From positions 3,424,001 through 3,488,000 of the forward strand of contig OZ245011.1 of assembly GCA_965223665.1 (NCBI GenBank): a DNA stretch of 64,000 nucleotides. Reading direction: 5' to 3'. How positions within the stretch are numbered: the first letter of the stretch is position 1; each line of letters starts with the position of its first letter. The notes under the pieces were generated by a model that did no database searches, was not told the origin of the DNA, and worked only from the letters and a program-made list of their open reading frames with translations. Source of the stretch: Nitrospinaceae bacterium (GTDB taxonomy: Bacteria; Nitrospinota; Nitrospinia; Nitrospinales; Nitrospinaceae). The position numbers were made by a program, and so were the translations under genes. This document shows positions 59,939 through 64,000 of the stretch, in pieces.

Positions 59939-60525
59939 ACAAATGTTTTAATTTTAGATTAATTCGTTTACTAGGGAAGATTGGGTTTACAATTTTTATT
60001 TTTAGTCTCTTCTTTTATTGCCCTGAGGAAATGTTTGCTGAAGAAAAAATGGAATATTCCGATATTCAATTAATCATGCACCATGGGCGACCTCACGGAG
60101 GGCACCATGGCAGGCATTCTATGCATCATGGAATGGGTAGGAGGAGTCAGGGAATTTGCCCTCAAACTAGAACGACTGCGCATGCTCCGAGCGAAATAGG
60201 GTCTTTGAAAAACCCCTTAGAGTTAACTCGAGAAAATCTGGATCGGGGAGAGTCTCTGTTTCAACGAACTGCAGAACCAACTGCTTGTAAAATATGCCAT
60301 GGTCCTGAAGGTAATGGTTTTGGCATGATGGCTCAAGGGTTGTCACCTATGCCCAGGAATTTTACTTGTAAAGAGACGATGAACGAAATTGCAGATGGTC
60401 AAATGTTTTGGATCATAAAAAATGGTTCCCCCGGAACGGGGATGCCCGCTTTTAAACTTTTTCTCTCTGACGAAGAAATTTGGCAATTAATATTGTATAT
60501 AAGACAATTTTCAAAAAGTAATTGA
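59935..60525 (+). CDS. Periplasmic monoheme cytochrome c with His-rich N-terminal segment
   Basis: HHGRPHGGHHGRHSMHHG, CPQTRTT, CKICH, RNFTC and GSPGTGMP; ATGA overlap with the previous gene. Confidence 0.92.
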   Translation: MNKCFNFRLIRLLGKIGFTIFIFSLFFYCPEEMFAEEKMEYSDIQLIMHHGRPHGGHHGRHSMHHGMGRRSQGICPQTRTTAHAPSEIGSLKNPLELTRENLDRGESLFQRTAEPTACKICHGPEGNGFGMMAQGLSPMPRNFTCKETMNEIADGQMFWIIKNGSPGTGMPAFKLFLSDEEIWQLILYIRQFSKSN

Positions 60526-60804
60526 AGCTTTGTTAGATGCTTACTTGGCGTTCTATTAGAGGATGGGAGGCGGAGGTAATTTATTCTGAGAAAGCTCAAA
60601 AATGTTTTTTTAGATAGGAAAAAATTTTTGTGTTTGTTAGGTTACTTTTAATTAAAAGCAACCCTTTCTTTTGAGCAGTCTCGCCCTTAAACATTTGCTG
60701 ACCCTTGTAAAATCTTGTCATAGGAAAAGGTTTTCCCGGAAGCAAAAAATTGGGATCCGTCATTTAATACAAACCTGTAATTAATTTTATTTAGGAGGAT
60801 CCTT

Positions 60805-61821
60805 ATGAAAACATTTCTTCAGACCTGTCATTTAAAAATTACCGTGTTGCTTTTTTCATATTTAGTTTTTTTTGGCAGTGTGTCGAATTCCTGGGCAAAT
60901 AGTAACCAAGAAGCAGAAAATTTAATAAAAAATGTTTGCTCCTCCTGCCATCGGTTTTCAGGGACACCGGATTCCAAATTCAAATTGAAGGCACCTGATT
61001 TAATGTGGGGAGGGAATAAGTATCAAAGCGATTGGCTTCGTCGTTGGCTCCAAGGAAAAGAGGAAAATCTATACCCTAATAGTTACAGATGGGATCAGGG
61101 AGGTGGTTCGATAAAGCACATGGCATTGTCTGAAACCCAGGCAAATGCAATTGCAGAATATTTTGAGAAAAATTTACTGGATCCCCGAGTAAAGGAAAAT
61201 GCAATTGACCTTTCCAATTTTAGTGAAATGGAAAACCAATTTGGCGCTGAAATTTATAAAAAGTTTTCCTGTTTAGGGTGTCACCAAATAAAAGAAGAGG
61301 GAAAAAAAATTGGAGGGGCCATTAGTGCCAATCTCTATGACTCTGGAAACCGTTACAATGTGGATTGGCTTTATCGTTTTGCTTTAAATCCACAAGATTT
61401 TACTCCGCATAGTGGAGAATATTTGGCTGATTTAAGTGGATTGGGTGTTCGCTATATTGTGGGCTATTTAATGACTTTGGGGAAATCGGATTATAAATTT
61501 TTTGAACCCTGGAAAACAGAATATTTTAAAAAAGCGGATTCAAACCGAGGTGCTAAAGTTTATAAGAACTATTGTACGCAATGTCATGGCATGAAAGGAA
61601 AAGGGGATGGGCCAGGCGCTGCGGGATTAGACCCTAAGCCTGCCGTACACTCCGAGTTACCATTGAGTGATTATCCAGAAGACTACCTTTTTAACGTAAT
61701 TTACTATGGCGGAAAGAGTGTTGGAAAATCTCCTAATATGCCTGATTGGGGATTAACCTTGCCACCTCAAGATTTAGCTGATGTGATTGCTTATCTTCGA
61801 GCAACTTTTAAAGGTGAATAA
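60805..61821 (+). CDS. Periplasmic triheme cytochrome c
   Basis: Signal peptide; CSSCH, CLGCH and CTQCH; AGGAGG SD. Confidence 0.93.
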   Translation: MKTFLQTCHLKITVLLFSYLVFFGSVSNSWANSNQEAENLIKNVCSSCHRFSGTPDSKFKLKAPDLMWGGNKYQSDWLRRWLQGKEENLYPNSYRWDQGGGSIKHMALSETQANAIAEYFEKNLLDPRVKENAIDLSNFSEMENQFGAEIYKKFSCLGCHQIKEEGKKIGGAISANLYDSGNRYNVDWLYRFALNPQDFTPHSGEYLADLSGLGVRYIVGYLMTLGKSDYKFFEPWKTEYFKKADSNRGAKVYKNYCTQCHGMKGKGDGPGAAGLDPKPAVHSELPLSDYPEDYLFNVIYYGGKSVGKSPNMPDWGLTLPPQDLADVIAYLRATFKGE

Positions 61822-61833
61822 ACTGAATTGATT

Positions 61834-61871
61834 AAAAGGCGGCTCAATTATTTTACTTGAGTCGCCTTTTT
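61834..61871 (+). terminator. Intrinsic terminator
   Basis: AAAAGGCGGCTCAA-loop-TTGAGTCGCCTTTTT just after the triheme gene stop. Confidence 0.85.
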
Positions 61872-62007
61872 AGCAATCTTCGGCATAGAGACTATTTTAT
61901 TGTTTGCAATGAAAGGATCAATGGGCGTTCTCCATGTCATTTCACTAAATTGATGATAAAATGAAAAACTTAAAATTTATCAGTTTGAATTATCTTTGGA
62001 TATAGAT

Positions 62008-62496
62008 ATGAAAAAAGTTTTTTTTCTATACTTTTTGTTTATTTTGATTTTGTTTGGTTGTGCGAATTCTGGTTCCAATACTGAAACCCAAATAGAAAAG
62101 CAAAGCATTAAGAAGGTTTCGCTAGGGGATTGCCCCCAAGCTCGAATAACACCTCAGGCACCTAAATCTATGTTGAAAGCTAAAAATCCAGCGGATGCCA
62201 AACCGGAGAATTTTAAAAAAGGGGAAAAATTGTATCAGGAAACTGCTACCCCTTTAGCATGTAAAACTTGTCATGGTGAAAATGGAAGTGGATTAGGTGA
62301 TCCGGACTTTGAAAGTACCCCCGCCGCACGCAATTTTACTTGTAATGAAACTATGCAAAAAATTTCAGATGGACAATTATTTTGGATCATAAAAAATGGT
62401 TCCCCAAACACTTCCATGCCCTCGCATGATAGCTTGCCTGATAAAGATATTTGGAATTTAGTGCTTTATATTCGTGGTTTTGCAAACTCTAATTAA
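62008..62496 (+). CDS. Monoheme cytochrome c lipoprotein (CPQ..RNFTC type)
   Basis: Lipobox LFGC; CPQARIT, CKTCH, RNFTC and DGQLFWIIKNGSPNTSMP. Confidence 0.92.
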   Translation: MKKVFFLYFLFILILFGCANSGSNTETQIEKQSIKKVSLGDCPQARITPQAPKSMLKAKNPADAKPENFKKGEKLYQETATPLACKTCHGENGSGLGDPDFESTPAARNFTCNETMQKISDGQLFWIIKNGSPNTSMPSHDSLPDKDIWNLVLYIRGFANSN

Positions 62497-62515
62497 AAAA
62501 GAAAATTAATTTACA

Positions 62516-63145
62516 TTAATATGCTGACCTACGTTTTTCGAATTTGTATGAAAGAATACTTTTGCGTGCGTTTTCGGTAAGATTTTTTAAGCTCTCTTTG
62601 TTAGATTGTTTTAGGTTTTGAAATTCGTCTACGGAAGAATATTCAACATTTTTTTTGTTGCTAGCCAAAGGGATTACCTTTTTCTGTTTTACTAAATAAA
62701 TGAGTCCTTGAGTTTGAAAAGTAATCGAGGATGAGGTTAGGTTATTTATAGTCCTACGAAAGACCAACAGAAGATCTACATTATACTTTTCTCCTGCGCT
62801 AGTTAACATTTCGCGGGTGAGATTCCCAATTAAGTTTTTCTGAATAGTTACGGGAGCAATGCGAGAAGGGTCCACTTTTCTTAAGATTCGTTTTAGAGTA
62901 TCTGGTTTGCTTAAGATAGCATCCAGTTCATTTTCTTTGAGAGGTGAAAAATTTATAGAATTTTTTGTGAAATATTTTCCCTTTTCTGGTCGAGATTGAA
63001 TGACAGCCATGGACTGGGGAAAATGGATCAATTTAATTGCAGAATCAGGGTCCCTTTTGCTGAATAAGTCATCAGTGGCTTGACTAATATTTGGAGGAAT
63101 ACTCAGTAGGAGAAATAAAATACTTATAACCCAAAAAGATTTCAT
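62516..63145 (-). CDS. Exported hypothetical protein
   Basis: Signal peptide, AAGGAG SD; no family recognised. Confidence 0.75.
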   Translation of the reverse strand: MKSFWVISILFLLLSIPPNISQATDDLFSKRDPDSAIKLIHFPQSMAVIQSRPEKGKYFTKNSINFSPLKENELDAILSKPDTLKRILRKVDPSRIAPVTIQKNLIGNLTREMLTSAGEKYNVDLLLVFRRTINNLTSSSITFQTQGLIYLVKQKKVIPLASNKKNVEYSSVDEFQNLKQSNKESLKNLTENARKSILSYKFEKRRSAY

Positions 63146-63203
63146 TGTTAGCTTCTCCTTTAAATTAATTTAGAAATTTGAGGATAAGTAAAAATAAATT
63201 TTT

Positions 63204-63869
63204 TCAGGCTTTTTGGAGAATAACAAAATCTTGCCCATTATTGTATATGATTTCCATGTTTAGATTATTTGCGATCCATTGAAATGTTTGTAGGCTATAG
63301 AAACAAATGTGGGTGAGGTCTCTTTTGTAATACCAATTATTAAATTCCTCTAAATTAGGTTCTTTGTTTTGTTGAGGGTAAAGTTTAGTCATGATTGCGC
63401 AAAAACTCTTTGGTTTAAGGAGCCCGTAGATTAGATTTAATTCTTTTTGGGGATTTTGAAAATGTTCAAAAGTTTCAGTTGAGATAACGATATCAAAAAA
63501 ATTTTTTTTAGGTAATGCTGGGAAAAAATGGATGTCGTAAACTTCAGAATCATAACCTTCTTTAATTAATAATTCTTGAAGCACCGGTTCATAACCACAT
63601 CCAAAATCTAAAATCTTTTTTGCATTGGGACAATATAATTTTAATAAATTAATTTTTTTTTGGAACATTTGAACATAACCAAGGTTATCTATACTATTTT
63701 CATGTTCCAGGTATCTTTGGATTTCGTCCTCTTTAGGGAGAAAGAAACGAGGAGGAACAAATATCAGGTTACAGACCTCACAATGAAAAAATTCTCTAAA
63801 TTTGTCAGATGTGAGAATCCAAGTGACGGACTGGCATAATGGACATTTCATAAGTCGATATTGTGCCAC
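63204..63869 (-). CDS. Class I SAM-dependent methyltransferase with N-terminal zinc ribbon
   Basis: CPLC...CEVC, LDFGCG, ETFEHF and WYYKRDLTHICFY; ATG 63851 is a likely start. Confidence 0.9.
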   Translation of the reverse strand: MAQYRLMKCPLCQSVTWILTSDKFREFFHCEVCNLIFVPPRFFLPKEDEIQRYLEHENSIDNLGYVQMFQKKINLLKLYCPNAKKILDFGCGYEPVLQELLIKEGYDSEVYDIHFFPALPKKNFFDIVISTETFEHFQNPQKELNLIYGLLKPKSFCAIMTKLYPQQNKEPNLEEFNNWYYKRDLTHICFYSLQTFQWIANNLNMEIIYNNGQDFVILQKA

Positions 63870-64000
63870 ATTTCAAAATGGTTGCGTTGATGATAAAGAA
63901 TTTGTTTTAATATGGGTCTCATCCAAATGAGAATCTAAAAGAAAAAACTTAATTTATTTCCTCATTTGCTTAAAGGGGAACTTCAGGAGAATTTATGGGG

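Noticed and set aside
63984-64000. AGGAGA SD followed by ATG at 63995
   Set aside because: Probably the start of a gene running off the window, but two codons are not enough to call it.
1-64000. tRNA, rRNA, CRISPR array, IS elements, prophage
   Set aside because: No cloverleafs, regularly spaced repeats, transposase, integrase or phage genes seen by manual reading; tRNAscan-SE and CRISPR finders would confirm.

Overview
AT-rich bacterial chromosomal window (GC roughly mid-30s %, estimated by eye), densely coding. I saw no rRNA, tRNA, CRISPR array, integrase, transposase or reverse transcriptase. The gene style (many exported FGE-sulfatase-fold proteins, paralogous small c-type cytochromes, two-domain ThyX) suggests a Nitrospinota-like nitrite oxidiser; this is inference only. 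Content: c-di-GMP genes around a nicotinamidase-nicotinate phosphoribosyltransferase fusion; an enlarged M20 peptidase; surface-glycan genes (GT2s, a frameshifted O-antigen ligase, SDR epimerases, a split CapF/WbjC pair, a flippase, NeuB); housekeeping genes (trxA, bioB, aroA, thyX, pntAB, msrP, cutA, priA, maf); a radical SAM/SPASM gene; a GH94 phosphorylase with a Na+/solute symporter; and a ~6 kb periplasmic heme cluster. Best leads: (1) the 56.6-62.5 kb cluster of a MauG/MbnH-like diheme enzyme, a His/Trp-rich DUF1264 protein and four paralogous cytochromes, three of which share an extra Cys pair; (2) a switch-like structured RNA leader over the SD of the radical SAM gene; (3) a 59-aa very basic protein missed by the ORF track; (4) a type II-like BioB; (5) a sigma54 promoter driving a 66-aa orphan.
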